A stretch of 63,772 bases of DNA, filler included, from Nemertoderma westbladi (Eukaryota > Animalia > Xenacoelomorpha), in NCBI GenBank assembly GCA_032718475.1. It is 3 parts of 3 records of this genome, joined end to end, with 100 filler letters (N's around TTAATTAATTAA, not from the genome) between each part and the next. Parts side by side here need not be neighbours in the genome. Positions count along the whole stretch, not along the records: positions 1 to 22,936 come from JAUCBJ010005771.1; 2 more parts are not named here. One strand, 5' to 3'. Shown piece after piece: positions 1 through 11,606 of this stretch (position 1 is its first letter; the number at the start of each line of letters is the position of its first letter). A program made the translations under genes and the position numbers. The notes beneath the pieces are model-generated. The model was not told the DNA's origin and ran no database searches. It worked only from the letters and a program-made list of their open reading frames with translations.

Positions 1-125
1 AATCTCACACATTGATACACATCTCCTTAGAGCATCTTAATAAAGATGGGGTGATGGTAACACCCCCTACTGGCACAAAAAGTTGAGGAAATCTAGCAAA
101 GTACCTTGCGAACTAGACTTTGCTG
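1..125 (+). mobile_element. Decayed RTE-type LINE RT fragment (family B)
   Basis: Translates as KDGVMVTPPTGTKS*GNLAKYLA-LDFA, matching the minus-strand ORF 26356-26895 (DDGVMVTPPTGSRSRGNPAKYLTDLDFADD). Confidence 0.7.
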
Positions 126-892
126 GCGTCCAAACCGTGACAAATCGAAATTATCAAATCGAAATGATATATTGGCTTTCTATCCACATAACCTGTTAGT
201 AAATGGGCCGTACGGCGCTATGTAATCAAAACGCCATCGGATTACGATGCCATTTTATATTAAATCGATTTAAACAGTAACTTCCATTGAGTTTCAATAC
301 GATCTATTAACATATTTATAATGCTGAAATGTGTAGCTTTTAAATGAGCTAAAAATCATTAAATTTCGTTGATTACAACGCGACTTACACTTGTTTTTAT
401 AAAGAACAATATTTATTTATCCATTAATTTCACTTTTTTTACGAAATTAATTAATTCTTGACTTCACCCCCCCCCCCCCCCCCCCCATCCCAGTAGTTGC
501 TGACCAATAAGAACTCAAGGATTGTTATATTGCCGTAGCCCCACCGCTATAGACGATACAGAGAGTTAAACTTATGAAATCATAATAAACAACATTCATT
601 GTGTTGGAGAGATTCATTTACGGTCTGGATTCAATTCAATTACAAGTCGCTTATAAGAAAGTTTGATGTTCTGGATATGACGACGGCCGTTTAATAAAAC
701 TGTTGTAGAGGTTCCGATAATATTTCTAGTTCTTAGTTTTGGGAAGATATTTATAAATTATATTGTGTAAATTATATAAATTATACGCAATATAATAAAT
801 ATGTTTTAAAACTATAATAAGTTAAGATACTATTACTATTAGTTTGTACTAATTAATTGATCTATCTGAATTATTGTTAATATTTTTTTTAG

Positions 893-956
893 GACAGTCT
901 ACATTGAACGCCGCATGATGATGAACAACGCCGCTAATACTCCACACACTGCCTAG
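893..956 (+). other. Possible terminal exon of an unidentified gene
   Basis: Branch-like TACTAAT (848-854), T-tract and AG (891-892), then a GC-richer frame TVYIERRMMMNNAANTPHTA-stop. No homology recognised. Confidence 0.3.
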
Positions 957-1239
957 GGATTGGTTTCTACCATGTTGAAATATCAATGTGTATTGGTCAC
1001 TCGCGATTGATAATATATTAATTAGATCTATGAATTAATTAATTATGGACATCATAAAGGTGATTTAACTATTTATTTACATGAACTGGTATTAAGTTAT
1101 ATAACTGTGTTTCAAATATTTTGTTTATATCAGTTGACATTACCAATAATTAATTAACAATTCTTATCCAAATTATATAACATAAATTTTTTCAATTCAT
1201 GTCAAAGACGCTGTGTTTAAACACCAATATTTGGGCATC

Positions 1240-2948
1240 AAAATCGGGGCATCCAGCAAACTTGTCTATCTGCCTATTGGTCCGTTCCATTTCGTTGTTC
1301 CGAATGTCCGGACGCCCGGGCACTAGAATGCCCAGACATCCAAAAATCAGGGAAAATGTCCGGATTCTCCAAATAACTGTCCGGAATTCGGCAAATCTGG
1401 GCGTCCAGTAAACTTTTCTGTCAGCCTATTTTACTGTTTCAAAGTCGCCCGGACGTCCGAATGTCCGCACGTCCGGGCACTAGGATGCCACGATGTTCCG
1501 AAATTCGACCAAAATGTCTGTATTTCCGGGCAAACTGTCAAAATGACTATCCGGAATTCGGTAACTTTGGGCGTTCAGTAAACTTTTCTGTCTGCCCATT
1601 TGACTGTTCTAAAGTCGCCCAGACATCCGCATATACGGACGTCCGGGCACTATAATGCCCGGATGTCCGGAAATCCGACCAAAATGTCTGTAGTTCCGGG
1701 CAAACTGTCAAAATGACTGTCCGGAATTCGGCAAATCTGGGCGTTCAGTAAACGTTTCTGTCGGCATATTTGACTGTTCCAAAGTCGCCCGGACGTCCGC
1801 AAGTCCGGACGTCCGGGCAAAAGGATGCCCGGATGTCGGGAAATCCGACCAAAATGTCTATTTCCGGGCAAACTCTCAAAATGACTTTCCGGAATTCGGC
1901 AAATCTGGGCGTCCAGTAAACTTTTCTGTCTGCCTATTTGACTGTTCCAAAGTCGCCCGGACGTCCGGATGTCCGGGCGCAAGGATGCCCGGACGTCCGG
2001 AAATCCGACCAAAATGTCTGTATTTCCGGGCAAACTGTCAAAATGACTGTCCGGAATTCGGCAAATCTGGGCGTTCCAGTAAACTTTTCTGTCTGCCTAT
2101 TTGACTGTTCCAAAGTCGCCCGGACGTCCGGATGTCCGGGCGCAAGGTTGCCCGGACGTCCGGAAATCCGACCAAAATGTCTGTATTTCCGGGCAAAATG
2201 TCCAAATGACTGTCCGGAATTCGGCAAATCTGGGCGTCCAGTAAACTTTTCTGTCTGCCTATTTGACAGTTCCAAAGTCGCCCGGACGTCCGGGCGTCCG
2301 GAAATCAGACCAAAACGTCTGTATTTCCGGGCAAACTCTCCAAATGACTCCCCGGAATTCGGCCAATCTGGGCTTCCTGTAAACTCCTATGTGCCTATTT
2401 GACTGTTCCAAAGTCGCCCGGACGTCCGGATGTCCGGACGTCCGGGCACAAGGATGCCCGATGTCCGGAAATCCGACAAAATAAACGGCACAAATCCGAC
2501 ACAAATCCAAAAATCCGGCAAAATGTCCGGATTTCCGGGCAAATTTGTCCAAAATACTGCCCGGAAATCTGTAAATCCGGGCAAATAAACTTGTCTGTCC
2601 GACTATTTGCCCGTTCCAGAGTCGCCCGGATGTCCGGATTCCCGGGCACTGGAATGCCCGGACATCCAAAAATCCGGCAAATTGTCCGGATTTCCGGGCA
2701 AATTTGTCCAAAATACTGCCCGGAAATCTGTAAATCCGGGCATCCATTTAACTTGTCTGTCCGACTATTTGTCCGTTCCAAAGTCGCCCGGACGTCCGGG
2801 CACTGGCACTGGAATGCCCGGAAATCCAAAAATCCGGCAAATTGTCCGGATTTCCGGGCAAAGTTGTCCAAAATACTGCCCGGAATTCCAAAAATCCGGC
2901 AAATTGACCGGATTTCCGGGCAAAGTCGTCCAAAATACTGCCCGGAAT
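1240..2948. repeat. CCGG/CpG-rich tandem array, ~185-bp units (1290-2470) switching to related ~170-bp units (2500-2948)
   Basis: Recurrent blocks such as ttccaaagtcgcccggacgtccg, aaatccgaccaaaatgtctgtatttccgggcaaa and ccggaattcggcaaatctgggcg; many GTCCGGAC palindromes. Confidence 0.9.
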
Positions 2949-5225
2949 ATCACAGAACATCTCCCCCTTACTGCCCTTTTGCTAACGGCACAGTGGAGCG
3001 CCATAATGCTTTAATTAAGGAGACTTTTCAACGGGTTCAGATGGATCAACCCGAATTGTCTGTAGACACTGTTTTACAAATGTCTGTTTTTGCAAAGAAT
3101 TGCAATTTAAATCATACTGGTTTTTCGCCGTATCAATTGGTGTTTGGGCGATTACTAATTCAATTCTTACGGATCAATTGCCAGCTTTAGAAGAGACAGA
3201 TATGATTTCTATGGTTGGGAAACATATTCAGGCTATAGTTTCTACTCGGAAAAATTACGTTGCTGCTGAGTCTAGTGCAAGGATTAAACGTGCTTTACGA
3301 TCAAATACCCGTCAGAATGGGCAGATATATAATGGTGGAGATCAAGTATATTATCGTCGAGCTAAGGATAAAGTTTGGGCTGGTCCAGCTGTGGTTGTTG
3401 GTCAGGATGGTGCCGAAGTTCTTGTTAAACATGGAAGTCGTTATTTGCGATGTCATCGAACTCAATTACTAATGCGTACAAAGCAGACATATTCCCAAGA
3501 ACAAATAAAATCTGTTAATTCACCTGAAAACACTTGCAATGAACTCTTGCAAGAACAAATAAAATCTGTTAATTCACCTGAAAACTCTTGCAATGAACTA
3601 AATAATAGTGCTGATATTCATGAAATAGAGTCTGATAGCGACATTGAAATTTCTAATGAAGAAGTGGAAAATAATATGCAGCCTGAGACAAATGCAACTA
3701 TTGGAACTGATAACTTTCTCAGACAAGAGCCAATTCCTAAAGTGAATGAGAAAGAATGTAAAGTAGAACAATTGCGCCGATCGACCAGAGATAAACATAA
3801 ACCTGATTACTTTTCATTTATCTCCGAGTTTAATCAAGTTCTTTATGGCCAGGATGAATTTAGTGAAGCAAAGGCAAATGAATTACAATCATGGGTGGTG
3901 AATGATATTTATAATGAAATTCATTGGTCTGAATTAAAAGAAACAAAACCAAATGTAATATCGACACGATGGGTTCTATCCTATAAGAATACCAATGGTT
4001 CCAAAGTGCCTAAAGCTCGTTTAGTTGCACGTGGATTCGAGGACACTGAAGAAGTGAATGGGTACGCACCGACAGCGACAAAATTGAGTTTAAGATTAGC
4101 GTTAGCGCATGGCTCAGAAAATAACTGGAATTCAAAGATTATTGATATAAAAACTGCATTTTTGCAAGGGAATCCAACTAAACGAGATATTTATCTCAAG
4201 CCACCACCTGAAGCTCTTTGTGAACAAGGAATGTTATGGAAACTAAAGAAGGCTGTTTATGGGCTAACAGAAGCATCAAAGAATTGGTATGAACGTCTGA
4301 AGTTTGTTTTCGAATACTGTGGTGGGGTATTGCTAAAATGTGTTCATGCTATTTTTAGATTTAATGATGAAAATGGAGATGTCATTGGTATTGCTGTTGT
4401 ACACGTTGATGATATTCTTATAGTTGGACAGGATTCACATTTGAATAATATTGTTTCAAAATTATCGAAGTTACTTCACATAGGTAAGATTGAAGACATT
4501 AGTGAAAGTTGGTCTGTATTTTTGGGAATACAGATTCGTAAAAGAGGTCGAAATTATGAGATTACGCAAGCTGAATATGCTGAAAAGATAGATTTAATAG
4601 ACGTCAATGACGTGGTTGCTAAAGGAGAAGAGTCTAGTGCAGCACGTCGAGCCATTGGACAGCTTCTATGGTTAAGTGTGATTACTCGGCCCGACATGTC
4701 ATTCGCTGTTTCACAATTAGCCACATGCATCAATCAATGTACTACTTCTCATTTATATGAGCTGAACAAAATGATCAAGACAGTAAAGAAAGAGCCAATA
4801 ACTTTGAAATATTCATTTGTTCAAGATTATCTAGTTATATATTCAGATGCTTCATTTAGTTATGATGGTAGTGTTGGAGGCTATTTTATTATATGGGGAG
4901 AAATTCTTTGATTGCATGGAAAAGCTACAAGTTGAGAAGGACTGCAAGAAGTGCCGAAGCTGCGGAATGTTTGGCTATGGCAGAAGCAGTTGATCTTGGC
5001 ATATATATTAAGGAAATGGTACAAGAAATGACTGGTCGAAGTCTCAAAATACACCAATACACTGATAACAAATCTTTGTATTCCTGTATTACAAATGGTT
5101 CTCCTCCAACAGAAAAGCGCTTGCAACTTGACCTTGCATCCATTCACGAAGTATTACGAGAGCCAGATGGTGAAGTTCATTGGGTTCCGTCCACTGAGAT
5201 GTGGGCTGATGGTCTAACAAAAGAA
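2949..5225 (+). pseudogene. Ty1/Copia pol remnant (integrase core, RT, RNase H), GalEa-like; frameshifts near 3150 and 4890
   Basis: IN: HRTSPPYCPFANGTVERHN, GFSPYQLVFG, WAGPAVVVGQDGAEVLVKHG. RT: KARLVARGF, IDIKTAFLQG, LKKAVYGL, VHVDD. RNH: YSDASF, TDNKSL, ADGLTK. IN-RT-RNH order is Copia-type; GalEa affinity is from motif memory only. Confidence 0.9.
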
Positions 5226-5236
5226 AAGAGGAGGAA

Positions 5237-5477
5237 TGTGATTATTAAGTTTATGACTCACTTATTATCATTGTAGGCCTACCGGTACTGCTGTACTGTG
5301 GTGTTTAGTATGTAGTCGTTGGTGTTGGATGGCCTTGGTGTTGGGTTTGTACTTTGGACTATGCTGTACCGGTATTGCTGCACTATGTTGATTGACTGAC
5401 TCACCTATTATCGTTAACTATATTATATTTCACAATGATTATTATTATTACAATATGATGTTATATAAATTTAAACA
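5237..5477 (+). mobile_element. Probable Copia 3' LTR preceded by a polypurine tract
   Basis: AAAAGAAAAGAGGAGGAA immediately before TGTGA at 5237; ends ...TTAAACA at 5477, where BEL/Pao sequence starts. Confidence 0.6.
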
Positions 5478-6855
5478 GTTGAGAAATCCACAGATGCGCT
5501 TAAGGGATCGTTTCTCTAGCACAATGATAGATGGGTTAATACGTGTTGGAGGGAGACTAACTAATGCTCCATTATCTTTTGACACTAAGTTTCCCATACT
5601 CATTAGAAATCTTGAAATACAAATCAAGATGATTGTAGATGTTCACAGTAGACTTTACCATGCTGGTAGAGAACGAGTTCTTAGCGAAATTCGAACTCGC
5701 TATTATTTCCATAAACCCCATAGAGCTCTGAACCAAGTTCTGAGGAACTGTATACCCTGTAGGAAAGCATTCAGTAGGCCTTTAACACAGCGAGAGGCAG
5801 AATTACCTAGGGAACGAGTAAGCTTCTATGAACCACCCTTTACTAATACCGGTGTGGATTTATTTGGCCCTATTGAAGTATATCGTGCTAGGACTATAGT
5901 CAAGCGATGGTGTGTCATCTTTGTCTGTATGACTTGTAGAGTGATCCATCTAGATATGGTGAACGATCTATCTACCAACAGCTTTATACTGAGTTTACGC
6001 CGACAGATCACTCGCTTTGGAACTAGCAACACGATGAGATCTGATAAGGGAACGAACTTCATTGGCGCCAATAATGAGATCAAAGCTTACGTTAAAGATT
6101 GGAACCAAAGACAGGTGGACGATCAGCTAAGGGTAACAGCATCTAGCTGGACCTTCAACGCCGCCAACGCCCCTTGGTGGGGAGGAAGTTGGGAGAGATT
6201 AATAAGGATCGTGAAGACCGCATTTCACTTTATAGTGCCGTGCCGCGCGTATCTCACCGACGAACTTTTGCGGACGTTAATGGAAGAAATCGCCGCCTAT
6301 CTTAACGAGAGACCGCTTATGCCAGTCTCATCGACTCCCGACTCCCTAGAAGTGCTAACACCTGCGCATTTCCTACTGAAGAAACCTGTAGCCATGCTCC
6401 CACGATCGGAAATCATGGATGGAGACGAATACTGCCGACAAACTTGGCAACTTATGCAGTTATTATCCCGTTGTTTCGCTGACCATTTCGAAAAACATTA
6501 TCTGCCTACGCTACAACTTCGAACCAAGTGGTTTGCGCAGCAAGAAAACGTCAGCGCCGGAGACATGGTCCTTATTGTGGAATCAGATCTTCCACATAAG
6601 CAGTGGCAGACAGGTCGTATCATAGAGACTCATATATCTGATGATGGTTTAGTGCGATCGGTAGAACTCATCGTCATGCGACGTAACTTTAAGAAACCTG
6701 GAATTGTATTCGAAACACAGCAGCTCAATCGCCCAGTTGGTCGTTTATGTTTACTGGAAAAAGACAGAGAACTATCCGGAAACTATGGAAGGCAAGATAC
6801 TCTTCCCACGACCACCTCCCTAATCCAACAAACATCTAGGGACTCCCCAACGTAA
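5478..6855 (+). CDS. BEL/Pao retrotransposon integrase (3' end of pol); ORF-track start at 5392 lies in the Copia LTR
   Basis: GLIRVGGRL, HHCC (HSRLYHAG...CIPC), TGVDLFGP, KRWCVIFVC, SDKGTNFIGA, WWGGSWERLI, NERPL, LTPAHFL, WQTGRI...DGLVRSV are BEL/Pao IN motifs. Confidence 0.93.
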
Positions 6856-7383
6856 CAGCGTCTGGAGTGGGTGTGTGACTATATTATTTTATATTTGTTT
6901 TTATTATTTTTATATTTATGTATGTATTATTACGTAATTTTATTATAATTGTTTTCTTTAATTTTATTTAGTAGAATGATATTTTAGCGATTATTTAGTA
7001 GATTAGTGCAATATATACTCGTGTTTATTACTTAATTACTTATATTATATATTTATTGCAACGGCGAGAAATAATTATTTTTCTCTTTCCTTACTGTCCG
7101 TATCATATTATAAATACGTGACTACAGTAAGATGAAATATCCGTACTTATTAAAGTACAATAAAGTTCCTACTATACTCAAGCATTATTGGTAAGTAGAG
7201 TATTAGGAATGCAAAGTTCAGATCCTCGTGTCTCGGCTAAACCAAGCTCTGGGTAGACCTTGGAAACAACTTGCCTCTTCTCACTGACATTGCTTCTTGC
7301 AATATTGCTCTCATACCATATATTAAATAATACATACATATAGTAGCGTGATGTCCCTTTAACAGTAGCGTAAAACGCAAAAT

Positions 7384-7777
7384 AAATCTGTTAAACCCTT
7401 TGACCATCTGCAATTCTAGTCGATTATGATATCGCGGCACCCACCGATATACTTGAAAGACAAAATTCTAGAATCAGTGGTTAACGTCCCCAGACATGTT
7501 CTGGAATAGATCGGTGCCCATCTTAAATATTAAATATTTAATAAATAATTGTAAAATCTGTCAAAACAAATATAATAGAGTAAGTGCTTACAAGTTAACT
7601 CTAGAAAATCTATAAATCAAAATCTGTTAAAATTTAGATCCTTTAAAATTCTAGTCGATTAAGATATCGTAGCACTTACCGATACTCTTAAAAGGACAAA
7701 TTTCCTAGAATTAAGGATCCTAGTTCTCAGACATGTTCTGGAATAAAATTGTGTCTATTTTAATATTAAATAATAAA
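7384..7777 (+). repeat. Two diverged ~160-bp direct repeats forming predicted conserved RNA structures
   Basis: Units 7384-7540 and 7620-7777 share aattctagtcgatta-gatatcg...ccgata...gac...ctagaat...cagacatgttctggaat; both recur in copy 2 (about 20750-21060, minus). Confidence 0.85.
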
Positions 7778-8578
7778 ATTTACGGGAATAAATTTTAAAT
7801 TCATATCCTCTCATGAATTTAATAAATTGTAATTTTATACAATTTATAACATTCTCAAAATTCCATTAATTAATAGATCATGGGAGCGGAGATTCACCTT
7901 ATTAAGTATATTAGTGTGAGAGAATCTCCAATATATAGTCAATAGCCGATAAAATTCATAAAATCATGTATAAAGGGGAATATTGACAATTAAAGAATTA
8001 CTATTAAATAGCATCCCAGATCTGTATGCATGAGAATTACCCTAATTCTACTGCTAGCTTTCCATAATGTCACATAGCAACAACCACGCTAGAATTAGAA
8101 GCGAGTTAAAAGAACAATAGAAAGCTTGACCCATTGAATAGCATACGGAATAAATAGCACACTGCTAGTATCCAGGGATACATAATAATAACGTGGCATT
8201 CTGGAAGGCACTTGACTAACGGACAAATGGCCCGAATGTGTACAATTTGTGACAGTTGTGTGGAATTTGTGCGTTTATAGGTGAATGTTACTACTAAAGT
8301 GTGTTTACAGTAGCAAGTCGCAGTTGTGAAAGTAGCTCTACCTCTGCAGTAAGAACCTGAAGTAAATCTAAGCCCTTGGGACGGACAGTGGAGTGACTCG
8401 CGCTGGTTATTGTTGTCATTGTGTAGCTACTACGTTGGCGATAGGCACAGCGACGACAGTACATCAGCGCTGAGGATCTTGCGCTGTCCGGGGGTATTGA
8501 GGGGTAGGCAGCGACGACCGCTAGCCTAATTATAATTAATTATAATATCGATAAACTCATATAGCAGCTATAACTGAA

Positions 8579-8947
8579 TTGATAGAAGATGATCTTGGTA
8601 TCAGGGAGCGATATACACTACCATTGCAAGCGTTTGTTGATAGCTTAATATGCGGCGACGCTAGTCCAACTACTATGGAGGATGATGGCCGTTATATCGA
8701 ACCGCCAATGTCAAAGGAACAACTCACGCGTGAATTGGACTATAGAAAATTCACCGCTCGCTATACGCATCGTAATGGTACTTATATGGACTTTTTAACT
8801 ACTGGTCATCCTATCGATTTACACGATACGGACGATGTAGACACCATAAGGGAAATGGTTCTATTTAAGTATCATACCCAGCGGAGTCGGAACGATAAAC
8901 TGAGAATAGAACACGAAAATTATATTCTAAACCGACTCGAAAGATAG
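8579..8947 (+). pseudogene. N-terminal fragment of the LTR-element accessory ORF (copy 1)
   Basis: Near-identical protein in copy 2 (19112-19795 minus: RKFTARYTHRNGTYMDFLTTGHPIDLHD). Confidence 0.75.
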
Positions 8948-9848
8948 AATGTGGAAGAAGGTTTATAAAGGCAAGTAGAGGAGAACCCACTGGAGAAAAA
9001 TCATACTTTAATGTCCAGGGTCCATAATGTGAATAGTTTTCCCCGGGGCGCGGGTGCTCGCGGGCGGTCTCCTTCGGGAGGCTGTAATTTCCTCTTACTT
9101 CATTCTCTTCCTGCAATTATTGTGATCAGTGTTACAATCAAATAGCAAGAATGAATAATGACGTAACGGGAAAACATGTCCATCGTGGCATCTTATAGAT
9201 ACTACCACATATCCTTCCTCCTCCTTACTACTATTCTCCCTCTATACATCGCTATCAAGGATACAACACGTTGATGGAGAAACCCTCTTCGTCCCATCTT
9301 CTCTTCCCAACGCACTCGGAGCTTTTGGGAGATGATCGACCAATCCTAGTGGTATCGTGGTATTGATCGTACGGCCTCCTACTAAACCTCCCCATCCCTT
9401 ACTGTTTATTTGGATGCTTATATTGGTGTCAGCACCTCCTGTCCCTATACCATTGTATTGATATTCATAGTATCAACTACTACTCCTCTTGTTGATTAGA
9501 TAATCAACTACCCCTAATTTCCTCAAGTCTACGACCGTGATATAAGGACTGAAAGGACACGTGAATAGTCTATGAGCAACTGGTACCATTATGTGTCACA
9601 AATCTGGTTGTTCACCTCCCTTAATGATTGGGGATAAATTCATTTGGAGATGGTCTTCGAATGTTGAATCCTCCTACTGAGATCGTATTTATGAATATTT
9701 CTGAATACGACATAGGCCTTCCCCTGCTCTCTACCATCAATGGAAGACATATTAAGAATACAACAGGAACACGGAGAATATCCCATATCCTTTCGTAGAC
9801 ACCCAGCTGATTGCTCCCTGGGCAGAAGGCCGAGGTTTCTTCCGAACT

Positions 9849-11528
9849 ATGTATGCCAATACACCCAGCGGCATCAATAAAGTACAACGAACCTCCATCG
9901 GACATCTTGCCTTCCAAGAATACGGATGGAATTTCAAAGTCGGAAACCCTATCAACTATCAACAAGTATATGGAGATCATTATTCTCGATTATACTTCGA
10001 CGGACCATTGACCGCACCTGGCGTCGTGTATAGCTTCATGAGTGTTCCACTTCATCCCTCATTAGCTATATACACTATCTTCGAGACCGCCGCACTTGCC
10101 GGTTGCCGTACTATACGTGCCCATCCCTTAATACTTGGAACCAAACTCACCAAGCTAGATGAACACAATAAATTCATCCGCTTTGAATGCTTTAGGCGCT
10201 TTCTGACTCCGTTCCGTAACGTTGATAGTCAGTTCAAGGACCGCGCTCTGACCAAGCTCAGCCTAAGAGACTCAGCTGCTGAGAAGTTAGACAGTGCTGG
10301 ATTCGCCATTTTCAAGGACGTTTGTATACAGAACTTACATTCCTCTGTTATACAAAGACCCCAAATCCCCACGGGTTATTCTATCGTGGAAGTTCAGACA
10401 GTGGGTTCGCTTGAGGAGACAGCTACACCTACCTCAGCTATGCGATTGGAAGATGAACCAATATGCTTAGAATCCGAGGAGATCCAGCCCACAGCGCCCC
10501 GGAGCAGTGACAACAACTACGTCCTGGAATGGTATCAAGGTCCACAATGTCTCACCGCGTACGATTATCGGCATGCCAATTATGTTTCTAGGAAACGTTG
10601 CCGATTATGCACATCTCGAGACCATTTCACGCCGGTGGACTCCAACGTACCCTGTTCCTACTTCCATGAACAACCTACGATGGAGATCTATTGTGCGTAT
10701 TGTAGACTCAATAACTTGCACATTTTCGCAGTCTGCCCCCAATTTATGACTCAATGCCATCATTGTCAGTTTAAAGGACATGCAAGTTTTGATTGCCCTT
10801 TCATCCGAGATCTGGAAAGCGTGGATGAAATGATTACCTTACGCTACATTCGAGCCTGGGAAGCGAACGCGGATCTACATTGTGAGTCACGTCATCGATA
10901 TTACCCTGGACATGCTTATGAAGGAGTTTATGCATTTCACCCGTATCCATTCGCGTCCGTTAAACAAAAATCTCGCACACCGAGTTACGAACTAATCAAG
11001 CATGTTGGCGAGAATATTTCGACCAAATTTGTTCATAAATATCTCAGGAACATTAATCCCAATGATCTTAATTCCTATAACTTGATCAACTTCATCCATC
11101 AAGATCCGGAATATGGTGACTTGTTCATCAATTCGCATCCAGAACTACAGGAAGTTCACAGACGACCCTATGAATATAGAGCCCGAGAACGCGAGTTAGA
11201 AAGAACCATCAAACCGAGGAAATTTCTCACTACTCACGGTCCACCTACCGCTCTTGTGCAGACGACTCGTCAGGGACCAGTAAGAGCTGCTGTCTTGAAA
11301 CGCGCTCTGAAGGTTGTTCGACCTCGCTCCACTGAGGTTGATATCGATCAACCGGGTACCTCGACCGGCGGATACACCGACTGTAACCCTAAACCTTCCG
11401 ATTCAATTGTATTGCACCCTTCACCCAGGAGATATAGCCCTCCTAGTAAAGTGGCTTGCCCCAAAGAGAAAAGGACTCTTGCTAGCCTCAAAAAACTGCG
11501 TAAACACCGTTCGCGTAAGAAGGACTAA
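9849..11528 (+). CDS. Accessory protein C-terminal part (559 aa) with three CCHC zinc knuckles and a basic tail
   Basis: CRLC-X4-H-X9-C, CAYC-X5-H-X4-C and CHHC-X4-H-X4-C at 10599-10796; ends KKLRKHRSRKKD*; copy 2 keeps the same stop (KKLRKRRPRKKD*). Confidence 0.75.
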   Translation: MYANTPSGINKVQRTSIGHLAFQEYGWNFKVGNPINYQQVYGDHYSRLYFDGPLTAPGVVYSFMSVPLHPSLAIYTIFETAALAGCRTIRAHPLILGTKLTKLDEHNKFIRFECFRRFLTPFRNVDSQFKDRALTKLSLRDSAAEKLDSAGFAIFKDVCIQNLHSSVIQRPQIPTGYSIVEVQTVGSLEETATPTSAMRLEDEPICLESEEIQPTAPRSSDNNYVLEWYQGPQCLTAYDYRHANYVSRKRCRLCTSRDHFTPVDSNVPCSYFHEQPTMEIYCAYCRLNNLHIFAVCPQFMTQCHHCQFKGHASFDCPFIRDLESVDEMITLRYIRAWEANADLHCESRHRYYPGHAYEGVYAFHPYPFASVKQKSRTPSYELIKHVGENISTKFVHKYLRNINPNDLNSYNLINFIHQDPEYGDLFINSHPELQEVHRRPYEYRARERELERTIKPRKFLTTHGPPTALVQTTRQGPVRAAVLKRALKVVRPRSTEVDIDQPGTSTGGYTDCNPKPSDSIVLHPSPRRYSPPSKVACPKEKRTLASLKKLRKHRSRKKD

Positions 11529-11606
11529 CTGTTTAGAGTATTTTTATATTTTAGAAACTGTGATTTTTTATATTTTATAGAATTAAATCCCATTTTCTGG
11601 GAGCGG

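Noticed and set aside
1199-3014. Overlapping short ORFs in the CCGG array
   Set aside because: Repeat-derived on both strands with no recognisable domain.
6863-7200. Alternative PPT/LTR at GGAGTGGGTG-TGTGAC with a Met-tRNA-like PBS (TGGTAAG(T/C)AGAG)
   Set aside because: PBS has an extra base, no conserved CA end precedes it, and no second copy of such an LTR is seen; not fully excluded.
7412-7475. SECIS or hammerhead reading of the structured repeat
   Set aside because: ATGA is not conserved in the other units and there is no CUGANGA core.
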